Source: an uncultured Bacteroidales bacterium (GTDB taxonomy: Bacteria > Bacteroidota > Bacteroidia > Bacteroidales > Bacteroidaceae). From it: DNA of 64,000 bases. A model generated the notes under the pieces. It was not told where the DNA came from. It saw only the letters and a program-made list of their open reading frames with translations, and did not search any database. Each line of letters begins with the position of its first letter. Position 1 is the first letter of the stretch. The translations under genes were made by a program, and so were the position numbers. Positions 10,201-22,837 of this stretch are shown here, one piece after another. Location: positions 1,439-65,438 of the forward strand of contig CACZSQ010000073.1 of assembly GCA_902783885.1 (NCBI GenBank). The letters run 5' to 3'.

Positions 10201-10727
10201 AATGTTGCATCTACAGGATTACTGTCATCGGCATTAGCCATAGCGTTCAGACGATCTTGTTTAGATACAAGAACCCATTGAGCATTATCACCTGTTTGAG
10301 TGTTGAATACCACAGTAGTACCCGTACCAGAATAAGACAAGTTATCAGAACCATTCTGTATGTAGTATGCTTTAACACCATCTGAACGAGTTGCTGCTGT
10401 AAAAGTGAAATAAGCGGCACTCTCGCCATCCATATAGCCACCTGTACTCAAATAGCCAGGACCGTTATCTTTGCTATTTGTTCGCGTCTCAGTGTTCATG
10501 ATAGCATACTTACCATCAGACAATTCAAGCGTTGAATAGAAGCCGCCAGCTTCAACAAGGGAAGCTTGAGTGCCCCAGCTATTACCACTTGAGAGCCACT
10601 TTCCAGTTCCGATGTTATAGAGGTAGAAGTTACCTGCTGCAACATCATTGCCTGTCCACGTCTGAGCGCTTGCGCCCATCGTGACCATAGCCGCGATAGC
10701 GGCCAAGAAGAGTTTGATTTTCTTCAT
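7287..10727 (-). CDS. Large T9SS-type surface protein with CBM-like modules and Ala-rich helical linkers
   Basis: Signal peptide MKKIKLFLAAIAAMVTMGASAQ. Has LLKNAEFG / NLPAGNYVL type modules and long Ala-rich repeats. Ends IFNLAGQRLQKLQKGINIVNGKKVLVK, nearly identical to the GH53 tail. Confidence 0.8.
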   Translation of the reverse strand: MKKIKLFLAAIAAMVTMGASAQTWTGNDVAAGNFYLYNIGTGKWLSSGNSWGTQASLVEAGGFYSTLELSDGKYAIMNTETRTNSKDNGPGYLSTGGYMDGESAAYFTFTAATRSDGVKAYYIQNGSDNLSYSGTGTTVVFNTQTGDNAQWVLVSKQDRLNAMANADDSNPVDATFLLKNAEFGRYKLPAYDAAWTWTFPGATNKNNAGDNTNFCVESFHVAFDFAQTVADAPKGYYAVRGQAFYRQDGSNNTDLPYFYVGDAKVTFPAKTGDEGSMSAASTSFTAGSYMTNWSAKTTYAGGDLKVGTHLDNNTALWCIWDNIQIQYYGPIDLTEYVNALAAAVSAAQAYESQLPAAVYANISAAITANNKEYETGDEYSAAITAINNAVSANADAAIIASYARYNSIKTAALAIAPSTDTSSADAAVNAATTTAAIDAAIPTLRAAFLDELPNVTVPAAGIDVTAVMVDNASVSQNTEFWTTEKQSGNGPTTNYGETEFYNANFKFYQTLALTPGTWEFGVTGFHRGGQGDFSTYFYAGEDKILIPGVASTVVNTMADAKTYFDNGNGKVALKFLIETAGDVEIGIDNQDTQTDKWTIFRDFTLKYYGAPDYSVYEDQWTALVNDANTAKTTNANVTGTELTALNAAIADTPAGSNLKATYTAKINALQTALQTFNAAAPSYNAYVAYKQETITLWGSDLDVAAPTTAAEAVTAVQNLNVAQYNKVATEYQYSLTSKIGDFSTWTGTALDAEHGDTPVDPQTLNSEHWSNTTRTYYEQSARGWYSSNWSVTYTKVANNLPAGNYVLKLAARGSVDSNGTIASSATANTVTLPTAGNNTRGITTAGVASWSDSDTFRKSAGANTEDNKGAGWQWRFLPFTVSEAGDVTLTINVSSDLKWNWVSLADAELLSDEDKTTKITLSDDDNMASTIASNDGELATVTLQRGIKEGYNTVVLPFDLTAVQVQAVFGSGAEVYSYSENSANTNSIELTFTTVGSGAITANVPVLVKATSAATKKVIEGVTIEAPEAPATTIAEGTNFDYVGVYELTTFAAGDFFLATKDNVQKVFQSEGINDTAKPFRAYFKKKVGGNVKAALFIDGVATAIEGISADVNNDNDATIFNLAGQRLQKLQKGINIVNGKKVLVK

Positions 10728-10788
10728 TTGTTTGTTAATTAATAATTAGTTTTTATGATTATTTTCAATGTCTTCGACAAAAACGGCG

Positions 10789-10796
10789 CAAAAGTA
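10789..10796 (-). promoter_or_regulatory. -7 promoter motif (TActTTTG on minus strand)
   Basis: Plus-strand caaaagta, 62 nt upstream of the ATG at 10727. Confidence 0.4.
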
Positions 10797-10894
10797 CAAA
10801 TAAAGTGTGAAATATACAATAAATAATACAAACTTTTTTCAAAAGACACCTATTTAGATAATAAAGAGCAATGAAAAATGAAGAATGAATTAAA

Positions 10895-11008
10895 CCACGA
10901 ATTACACAAATATCACGAATCACATGTCCTATTGATAGGATTCAATTATATCGAATTTCTCAAATTCTTAGCGCGCTCGGCTCGAAGAGACGCTTGACAC
11001 TTCAAGAA
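10895..11008 (+). mobile_element. Degenerate copy of the cacgaatt-word MITE-like element with a nested cgctcggc...cttcaagaa module
   Basis: ccacgaattacacaaatatcacgaatcacatgtcctattgataggattcaattatatcgaatttc aligns with the left half of 14025-14283. Relative to that copy it carries an extra segment, cgctcggctcgaagagacgcttgacacttcaagaa (10974-11008). Confidence 0.55.
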
Positions 11009-11186
11009 AGGCTGCGCGGCTTTCGAGTGAGAGAAAACAATCCACAACAATATCCAACAATTTATTGCAACAATAATCAATAATTAAATTTCTGCGCTCT
11101 CTGCAAGCAAACATTAGCACAATTCGCACAATTCGCCGACAAATACACCAACGGCTAAACCGAAAAACATAACGGTTAATTACACT

Positions 11187-11219
11187 CGCTCGGCCAAAGG
11201 ACGCTTGACACTTCAAGAA
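11187..11219 (+). repeat. Second intergenic copy of the cgctcggc...gacgcttgacacttcaagaa module
   Basis: cgctcggccaaaggacgcttgacacttcaagaa. Compare 10974-11008 and the coding copy at 59587-59621. Confidence 0.7.
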
Positions 11220-11260
11220 TTATGCGAATTAATTTCAGAACAAGGATACACGGTTAATTT

Positions 11261-11344
11261 ATCAAGAATTAGAGAATTGGAGAATATTTCTCAAGATGCA
11301 ATACTCTGTCTTATGAATTGATGAGAATGAATAGAATGTCTTTT
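11261..11344 (+). repeat. 84-bp direct repeat R1, copy a
   Basis: atcaagaattagagaattggagaatatttctcaagatgcaatactctgtcttatgaattgatgagaatgaatagaatgtctttt is identical by eye to 11979-12063. Its first 18 nt recur inverted at about 11370-11388. Confidence 0.8.
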
Positions 11345-11408
11345 GCTTTGCAAAAGCTGGTAAAATCTTTAATTCTCTAATTCTTGATAATTGAAGTTTC
11401 GGATAAAA

Positions 11409-11462
11409 TTCTCCACCACAGATTGCACGGATTACACTGATTCTTGTCCTCTTGATTTCAAA
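11409..11462 (+). repeat. cacagatt-word repeat Y, copy 1
   Basis: ttctccaccacagattgcacggattacactgattcttgtcctcttgatttcaaa. It has the same architecture as the MITE left end (ccac + 3 x 9-bp words + tgtcct.ttgat core). Confidence 0.7.
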
Positions 11463-11556
11463 GTTAGAAAAGGAAAGCAGTCTTCTACAACTGCCAGTGC
11501 TGTTACGCAGTTTGGACTTTTCACACCGTTTTTTTGGCCGTTCGAAAGATTATCTC

Positions 11557-11564
11557 TACCTTTG
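11557..11564 (+). promoter_or_regulatory. -7 promoter motif TAccTTTG
   Basis: 29 nt upstream of the ATG at 11593. Confidence 0.45.
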
Positions 11565-11592
11565 TGGCGGAAAGTCATTAAATGAGCACTTT

Positions 11593-11832
11593 ATGACACA
11601 GACTTATCAAGAAAAGGCGACTGCTTTTAATCCTATGCAACTACAGTTGCTTCGGATGTTCTCTTATGTCAAGACCGAAGAACAGCTCAAGGAAATCAAG
11701 ACTGCCTTATGTGATTTTTTCTTCAAGCGTGTGGAGGAAGGTATGGATAGGCTAACAGAGCAAGGCGAATGGAGTCAAGAGAAGGAGGAGGCCATCCTGA
11801 CAGAACATCTACGAACCCCATACAAATATTGA
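11593..11832 (+). CDS. Small antitoxin-like protein (79 aa)
   Basis: MTQTYQEKATAFNPMQLQLLRMFSYVKTEEQLKEIKTALCDFFFKRVEEGMDRLTEQGEWSQEKEEAILTEHLRTPYKY. It resembles the small helical proteins I recall upstream of PIN-domain toxins in Bacteroidota. Its stop overlaps the next ATG (TGATG). The track start at 11452 lies inside repeat Y, so I used the ATG after the promoter motif. Confidence 0.5.
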   Translation: MTQTYQEKATAFNPMQLQLLRMFSYVKTEEQLKEIKTALCDFFFKRVEEGMDRLTEQGEWSQEKEEAILTEHLRTPYKY

Positions 11833-11969
11833 TGAAAAGAATTGTTCTTGATTTCTCCACCACAGATTACACAGATTACACTGATTCTTGTCCTCTTGAT
11901 TTCAAAAATTCATTCTATATTACACTGATTCAAGTTTCGGATGTAAACAACTTGTTGTCTGTAAGGTAA
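11832..11969 (+). pseudogene. Probable remnant of a PIN-like toxin gene, reduced to MKRIVLD then repeat sequence
   Basis: The ATG overlaps the antitoxin stop. The first 7 codons, MKRIVLD, look like a VapC/PIN N-terminus. From codon 8 onward the sequence is repeat Y copy 2. Confidence 0.3.
11853..11906 (+). repeat. cacagatt-word repeat Y, copy 2
   Basis: ttctccaccacagattacacagattacactgattcttgtcctcttgatttcaaa. Two mismatches to copy 1. Confidence 0.7.
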
Positions 11970-11978
11970 TTTATTGCT

Positions 11979-12063
11979 ATCAAGAATTAGAGAATTGGAG
12001 AATATTTCTCAAGATGCAATACTCTGTCTTATGAATTGATGAGAATGAATAGAATGTCTTTTT
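11979..12063 (+). repeat. 84-bp direct repeat R1, copy b
   Basis: Identical by eye to 11261-11344. Confidence 0.8.
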
Positions 12064-12205
12064 GGATTCGCCTCAACATCGCGATGTTATAAAGATCACT
12101 TCGCCGTATTGTGCGGTGTGCGTTACTTTCGTGTTAAAAAATTATTTTGTTCGGCTGCGTTTTCTCTTTTCACCTTGAATTTTTCCTTATTAACTAATTA
12201 TTCCG

Positions 12206-12213
12206 TACCTTTG
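12206..12213 (+). promoter_or_regulatory. -7 promoter motif TAccTTTG, only 8 nt before the ATG
   Basis: gtacctttgcggcgaaATG. This implies a leaderless or very short-leader transcript. Confidence 0.35.
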
Positions 12214-12220
12214 CGGCGAA

Positions 12221-13999
12221 ATGCAGAAGCAATGGAGCGATATCATTGAGTGGCGGCAGCGCCATGTGCGGGACAAGCAGTTCATGCTCTTCCTGGCATT
12301 CGTCATCGGCGTACTCACGGCGCTGGCGGGCCTGCTGCTGAAATGGATTATCCACCAGATAGGCTACCTGCTGACCCACCAATTCTCCATCACGGGCGCC
12401 AACTGGCTCTACCTGCTCTACCCCGTCATCGGTATCCTGATAACAGGACTCTTCGTGCGCTACGTGGTGCGCGATGATATCGGCCACGGCATCACCAAGA
12501 TTCTCTATGCCATCGCCCGCAAGAAAAGCCGCATCAAAGGGCACAACACATGGTCCAGCGTCATCGCATCGGGTATCACCATCGGCTTCGGCGGCTCGGT
12601 GGGCGCCGAGGCTCCTATCGTGCTCACCGGCTCAGCCATCGGCAGCAATCTGGGGCAGCTGTTCCGCCTCGACTCCAAGAAGATGATGCTCCTCGTGGGC
12701 TGCGGGGCGGCAGGTGCCGTGTCGGGCATCTTCAAGGCACCCATCGCAGGTCTGGTGTTCACGCTGGAGGTGCTGATGATCGACTTCACGCTGGGCAGCC
12801 TGCTGCCTCTGCTGGTGTCGTGTGTGACAGCGGCGGCCGTGACCTTTGCCATCTCCGGCATGGGTAACCTCTTTGAGTTCCATCTGGTGAACGCCTTCAC
12901 CATCGAGCGCGTGCCGGCCTACCTGCTGCTGGGCATCTTCTGCGGACTGGTATCACTGTATTTCACGAGGGTGATGAACTGGCTCGAGGACCAGTTCCGA
13001 CGGCTTGGGGCACCATGGAAACGCTTCCTGGTGGCAAGCCCCATCCTGAGCGTGCTCATCTTCCTGTTCCCGTCGCTCTACGGCGAGGGCTACGAGATGA
13101 TACGCCTCCTGCTCAACGGCCAAGGGCCTGCCGACTGGAACCAGGTGCTGGAGGGCTCTTTCTTCTATGCTGCACCACAGTTGCTGCTGCTCTATCTGGC
13201 GGGCATCATCCTGTTCAAGGTGTTTGCCACCACGGCCACCAACAGCGGAGGCGGCTGCGGCGGTACCTTCGCCCCCAGCCTCTTCCTCGGCTGCGTGTCG
13301 GGCTTCCTCTTCGCCTCGCTCTGGAACCTCATGGACGACGTACCCGCCGTGCCGGAGAACAACTTCGCCCTGCTGGGCATGGCCGGACTGATGAGCGGCG
13401 TCATGCACGCACCTCTGACGGGCATCTTCCTCATCGCCGAACTCACGGGCGGCTACGGTCTGTTCCTGCCGCTGATGATGGTGGCCACAACGGCCTACCT
13501 GACCATCATCATGTTCGAGCCCCACAGCATCTACACGATGCGACTGGCACGCAAAGGACAGCTGGTGACCCACAACAAAGACCACGCCATCCTCACACTG
13601 ATGTCGATGGATTCGGTCATTGAGCGCTATGAGGAGCACCTGCACCCGGGCGATGACCTCCGTGAAATCGTACGACAGATATCATCCTCGGAACGTGACA
13701 TCTTCCCCGTGGTAGATGACGCCGGCAAGCTGCTGGCGGTGCTGGTGCTGGACCGCGTGCGCCACGTGATGTTCCGCACCGAACTCTACCATCGCCTCCA
13801 CGTAAGCGACCTGATGTCACCCTGCGCAGGCCGCCTCAACGTGGGCGACCCCATGGAGGTGGTCGTCAGCGCCTTCGACAAGACCAAAGCATGGACGCTG
13901 CCCGTCGTGGATGACGAGGGTGTCTTCGTGGGCTTCATACGCCGCAGCCACGTCTTCGCCGCCTACAGAGCTATGATGCAGGACCTATCAGAAGAATAG
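12221..13999 (+). CDS. ClC family voltage-gated chloride channel / H+-Cl- antiporter with a C-terminal CBS pair
   Basis: GSVGAEAPIVLTGSAIG, GIFKAPIAG and GGGCGGTFAPSLFLG are ClC selectivity-filter type motifs. Multiple TM segments. The C-terminal ~140 aa look like a CBS pair. Confidence 0.85.
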   Translation: MQKQWSDIIEWRQRHVRDKQFMLFLAFVIGVLTALAGLLLKWIIHQIGYLLTHQFSITGANWLYLLYPVIGILITGLFVRYVVRDDIGHGITKILYAIARKKSRIKGHNTWSSVIASGITIGFGGSVGAEAPIVLTGSAIGSNLGQLFRLDSKKMMLLVGCGAAGAVSGIFKAPIAGLVFTLEVLMIDFTLGSLLPLLVSCVTAAAVTFAISGMGNLFEFHLVNAFTIERVPAYLLLGIFCGLVSLYFTRVMNWLEDQFRRLGAPWKRFLVASPILSVLIFLFPSLYGEGYEMIRLLLNGQGPADWNQVLEGSFFYAAPQLLLLYLAGIILFKVFATTATNSGGGCGGTFAPSLFLGCVSGFLFASLWNLMDDVPAVPENNFALLGMAGLMSGVMHAPLTGIFLIAELTGGYGLFLPLMMVATTAYLTIIMFEPHSIYTMRLARKGQLVTHNKDHAILTLMSMDSVIERYEEHLHPGDDLREIVRQISSSERDIFPVVDDAGKLLAVLVLDRVRHVMFRTELYHRLHVSDLMSPCAGRLNVGDPMEVVVSAFDKTKAWTLPVVDDEGVFVGFIRRSHVFAAYRAMMQDLSEE

Positions 14000-14024
14000 G
14001 AAAACACTCTTATATTTGTAGCAC

Positions 14025-14283
14025 CACGAATTTCACGAATTTCACGAATTAGTTAAAATACATGTCCTATTGATATGATTCAATTTATATCGAATTTCAC
14101 GAATTCTTGGCGAAAGGCTTCGCGGCTTTCGAAGGACAAGCATCGGGTAGCTCCTTGGTTAGGTAACATTACGGCTTCACTCGGAGCCCCCCCCGCGTAG
14201 CGGCTCCGCTAAAATTCGTGAAATTCGTTATAATCAGCACTATGCGCCAGCCAAGAAATTTGTGTAATTCGTGAAATTCGTGG
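14025..14283. mobile_element. MITE-like element (~259 bp) whose terminal inverted repeats are tandem cacgaatt words
   Basis: The left end ccacgaatttcacgaatt is the exact reverse complement of the right end aattcgtgaaattcgtgg (14266-14283). The acatgtcctattgata core is shared with 10895 and 15358. The element has no coding capacity. Confidence 0.7.
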
Positions 14284-14328
14284 TATAGAAAGAACATCCA
14301 AAACTTTAATCTTTGATATTTAAGCAGT

Positions 14329-15348
14329 ATGTTGCGTATTATATTCATGGGCACACCGGAGTTCGCGGTGGAGAGCCTGAGGAAATTAGTTGAGAACAAG
14401 TACAACGTGGTGGCAGTGGTCACGATGCCCGACAAGCCGGTGGGGCGCCATCACGACACGTTGCAGGCATCGCCCGTCAAGCAATACGCGGTGGAGCACG
14501 GCATCCCCGTGCTGCAACCGGAGCGTCTGAAGGATGAGGCGTTTCTGGAGGAACTGCGCAGCTACCATGCCGACCTGCAGGTGGTCGTGGCCTTCAGGAT
14601 GCTGCCTGAGGTCGTGTGGGCCATGCCCCCGAAGGGGACCTTCAACCTCCATGCAGCGCTGCTGCCACAGTACCGCGGCGCAGCGCCCATCAACTGGGCA
14701 GTCATCAATGGCGAGACGGAGACGGGCGTGACGACGTTCTTCCTCGATCACGACATCGACACTGGACGCATCATCCATCGCGTGCCGGCACCCATCGGCG
14801 AGCGCGACACCGTAGGCGATGTCTATGAGCGGCTGATGAACCTCGGCGCCGACCTGGTGCTGAAAACCATCGATGAAATCGAAGCTGGTGACGTGCAGAC
14901 AACAGACCAGGAGGCTCTGATACAAGCATCAGCTGCAGAACAGGATTCTGCATCCGACAGCGCGGGTGTCCTACGCCCTGCGCCCAAGCTCACCCGCGAG
15001 AACACGCGCATCTGCTGGGCAGAACACACGGTGAAATCGGCTTACGACTTCATCCGTGGCCTGTCACCCTACCCCGCAGCATGGACCATCCTCCGCACCG
15101 CCGACGGCAAGGAGACACCGCTCAAGATCTATTTCGCCGAGAAAGTTTCTGAAGAAGAAGCCGCGCACATCAACGCAGAGCTGCAGCCACAGCCCCAATC
15201 TTCATTATTCATTATTCATTGTTCATTAGTTATCTCACTCCGCGACGGCTACCTGCGCCTCACCGACATCCAACTGGCAGGCAAGAAACGTATGCCCGCC
15301 AGCGACTTCCTGCGAGGCGCACACTTAGACGGTGCCACCCTCATCTGA
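14329..15348 (+). CDS. fmt: Methionyl-tRNA formyltransferase
   Basis: MLRIIFMGTPEFAV, VVTMPDKPVGR, FNLHAALLPQYRGAAPINWAVINGETETGVTTF and LAGKKRM are classic Fmt motifs. Confidence 0.9.
   Translation: MLRIIFMGTPEFAVESLRKLVENKYNVVAVVTMPDKPVGRHHDTLQASPVKQYAVEHGIPVLQPERLKDEAFLEELRSYHADLQVVVAFRMLPEVVWAMPPKGTFNLHAALLPQYRGAAPINWAVINGETETGVTTFFLDHDIDTGRIIHRVPAPIGERDTVGDVYERLMNLGADLVLKTIDEIEAGDVQTTDQEALIQASAAEQDSASDSAGVLRPAPKLTRENTRICWAEHTVKSAYDFIRGLSPYPAAWTILRTADGKETPLKIYFAEKVSEEEAAHINAELQPQPQSSLFIIHCSLVISLRDGYLRLTDIQLAGKKRMPASDFLRGAHLDGATLI
15201..15229 (+). repeat. 7-bp word array (ttcatta x4) inside fmt
   Basis: ttcattattcattattcattgttcatta encodes SSLFIIHCSLV in the Fmt C-terminal domain. Related aatgaa words occur intergenically at about 10868-10890 and 11320-11335. 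Confidence 0.6.
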
Positions 15349-15357
15349 CTCAAAGCA

Positions 15358-15462
15358 CCACGAATTTCACGAATTGCACGAATTACATGTCCTATTGATA
15401 TCATTCTAATAATCATAGGTATCAGCTTGCTAAGAAATTCGTGCAATTCGTGTAATTCGTGG
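15358..15462. mobile_element. Short MITE-like element (~105 bp), same family as 14025-14283
   Basis: The left end ccacgaatttcacgaattgcacgaatt is inverted at the right end aattcgtgcaattcgtgtaattcgtgg. It has the same acatgtcctattgata core and the same flanking tatagaaagaacat. It lies between the convergent fmt and xylanase genes. Confidence 0.7.
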
Positions 15463-15488
15463 TATAGAAAGAACATTCGATAGTTCAA

Positions 15489-21502
<6,014 letters not shown>

Positions 21503-21536
21503 CGCTAAAAGAGCGGTCGTGGAGACATTTACATCG

Positions 21537-21544
21537 CAAAAATA
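21537..21544 (-). promoter_or_regulatory. -7 promoter motif (TAttTTTG on minus strand)
   Basis: Plus-strand caaaaata, 35 nt upstream of the ATG at 21502. Confidence 0.45.
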
Positions 21545-21758
21545 GCACAAATTCGATGAAAGTGTGTCATATTCGTCGGCAAAATGTATCTTTTTGTAAA
21601 AAAAAAGCTTTTTTGTTTGGCAGTTTCGCGAAAAACCTAGACCTTTGCCGCCGATATGCGGTAAAAAACGCCGATTATCACCAGAACATTATCAATTATT
21701 CACCAAATTCGTCATTGCCTATAGAAAGACATTACTCCAAACCAACTTGTAGAAAGTA

Positions 21759-22355
21759 ATGCAAAACTTGAACACAGAGACAGACGCACTCCTCGTCAAG
21801 CTCTATGAAGAAGGTAATGATGAAGCATTTGATGTTCTTCTCGCCCGCTACCAGAAAGCCATCTTCGGATATATCTATTCGATGGTGAAGGACCGTGAAT
21901 GGGCCAACGACCTTTTCCAAGACACTTTCGTGCGCGTCATTACGCGAATCCGCAGCCATCAATATACCGAGAATGGCAAGTTTGCGTCGTGGGTCATGCG
22001 CATCGCCCATAACCTGATGATTGATAGTACGCGTCAGCGCAAACCCTTCGTGGAGCCCAGCGATCAGCAGGAGAAAGAACGTCTCTTCGACAAAGCCGGC
22101 CTGATGGTAGGGAATGTAGAAATGGACTATCACAACGAGCAGACCTTCAATACGCTCGCCGAGATGATCAGCCGCCTGCCGAAGCCTCAGCAGGAGATTG
22201 TGCAGATGCGCATGTACGACCAGATGTCCTTCAAGGAGATTGCCGAGAAACTCGGCTGCAGCATCAACACCGCCCTCGGTCGTATGCGCTATGCCATCCT
22301 CAACCTGCGCAAGATGTCTGCCACCAGAGATCTTACTCTCATGGAAATGGAATGA
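21759..22355 (+). CDS. ECF-type sigma-70 family RNA polymerase sigma factor
   Basis: 198 aa. Region 2-like FDVLLARYQKAIFGYIYSMVKDREWANDLFQDTFVRVI and region 4-like QQEIVQMRMYDQMSFKEIAEKLGCSINTALGRMRYAILNLRK. Confidence 0.85.
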   Translation: MQNLNTETDALLVKLYEEGNDEAFDVLLARYQKAIFGYIYSMVKDREWANDLFQDTFVRVITRIRSHQYTENGKFASWVMRIAHNLMIDSTRQRKPFVEPSDQQEKERLFDKAGLMVGNVEMDYHNEQTFNTLAEMISRLPKPQQEIVQMRMYDQMSFKEIAEKLGCSINTALGRMRYAILNLRKMSATRDLTLMEME

Positions 22356-22371
22356 CACCTATATTATATAT

Positions 22372-22600
<229 letters not shown>

Positions 22601-22785
22601 AAATATGGCGGGAATGTGAAGCTTAGGCATCACATTCCCGTTTCTTTTGTTGCAGGTTTGATAAAATGCACACAAAAACCCACTTTTTGATGCCAAAATG
22701 ATTCAATTATTACGTCTTTTCATGATTTTTTGTATCGAAAAGGCAATTTTTTTACATTTATTATGGTTCTTTTATAAAAATGTTA

Positions 22786-22793
22786 TACTTTTG
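22786..22793 (+). promoter_or_regulatory. -7 promoter motif TActTTTG
   Basis: 45 nt upstream of the SusC ATG at 22838. Confidence 0.5.
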
Positions 22794-22837
22794 CCACGTT
22801 TTTTGTAAAAACTACACTCAATAATAATTATTCATCT

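Noticed and set aside
12063-12220. A fluoride riboswitch upstream of the ClC gene.
   Set aside because: I could not find the conserved crcB-motif core. In addition, the protein is a long CBS-containing ClC rather than the short fluoride-specific clade.
14169-14435. ORFs inside repeat elements: 14169..14435, 15249..15488, 22427..22696, 10968..11216, 31294..31833 and 31655..31843.
   Set aside because: They are translations of word arrays (FFLYHEFHELHKF, LSTLNSQL and similar) or of the MITE body. There is no independent coding signal.
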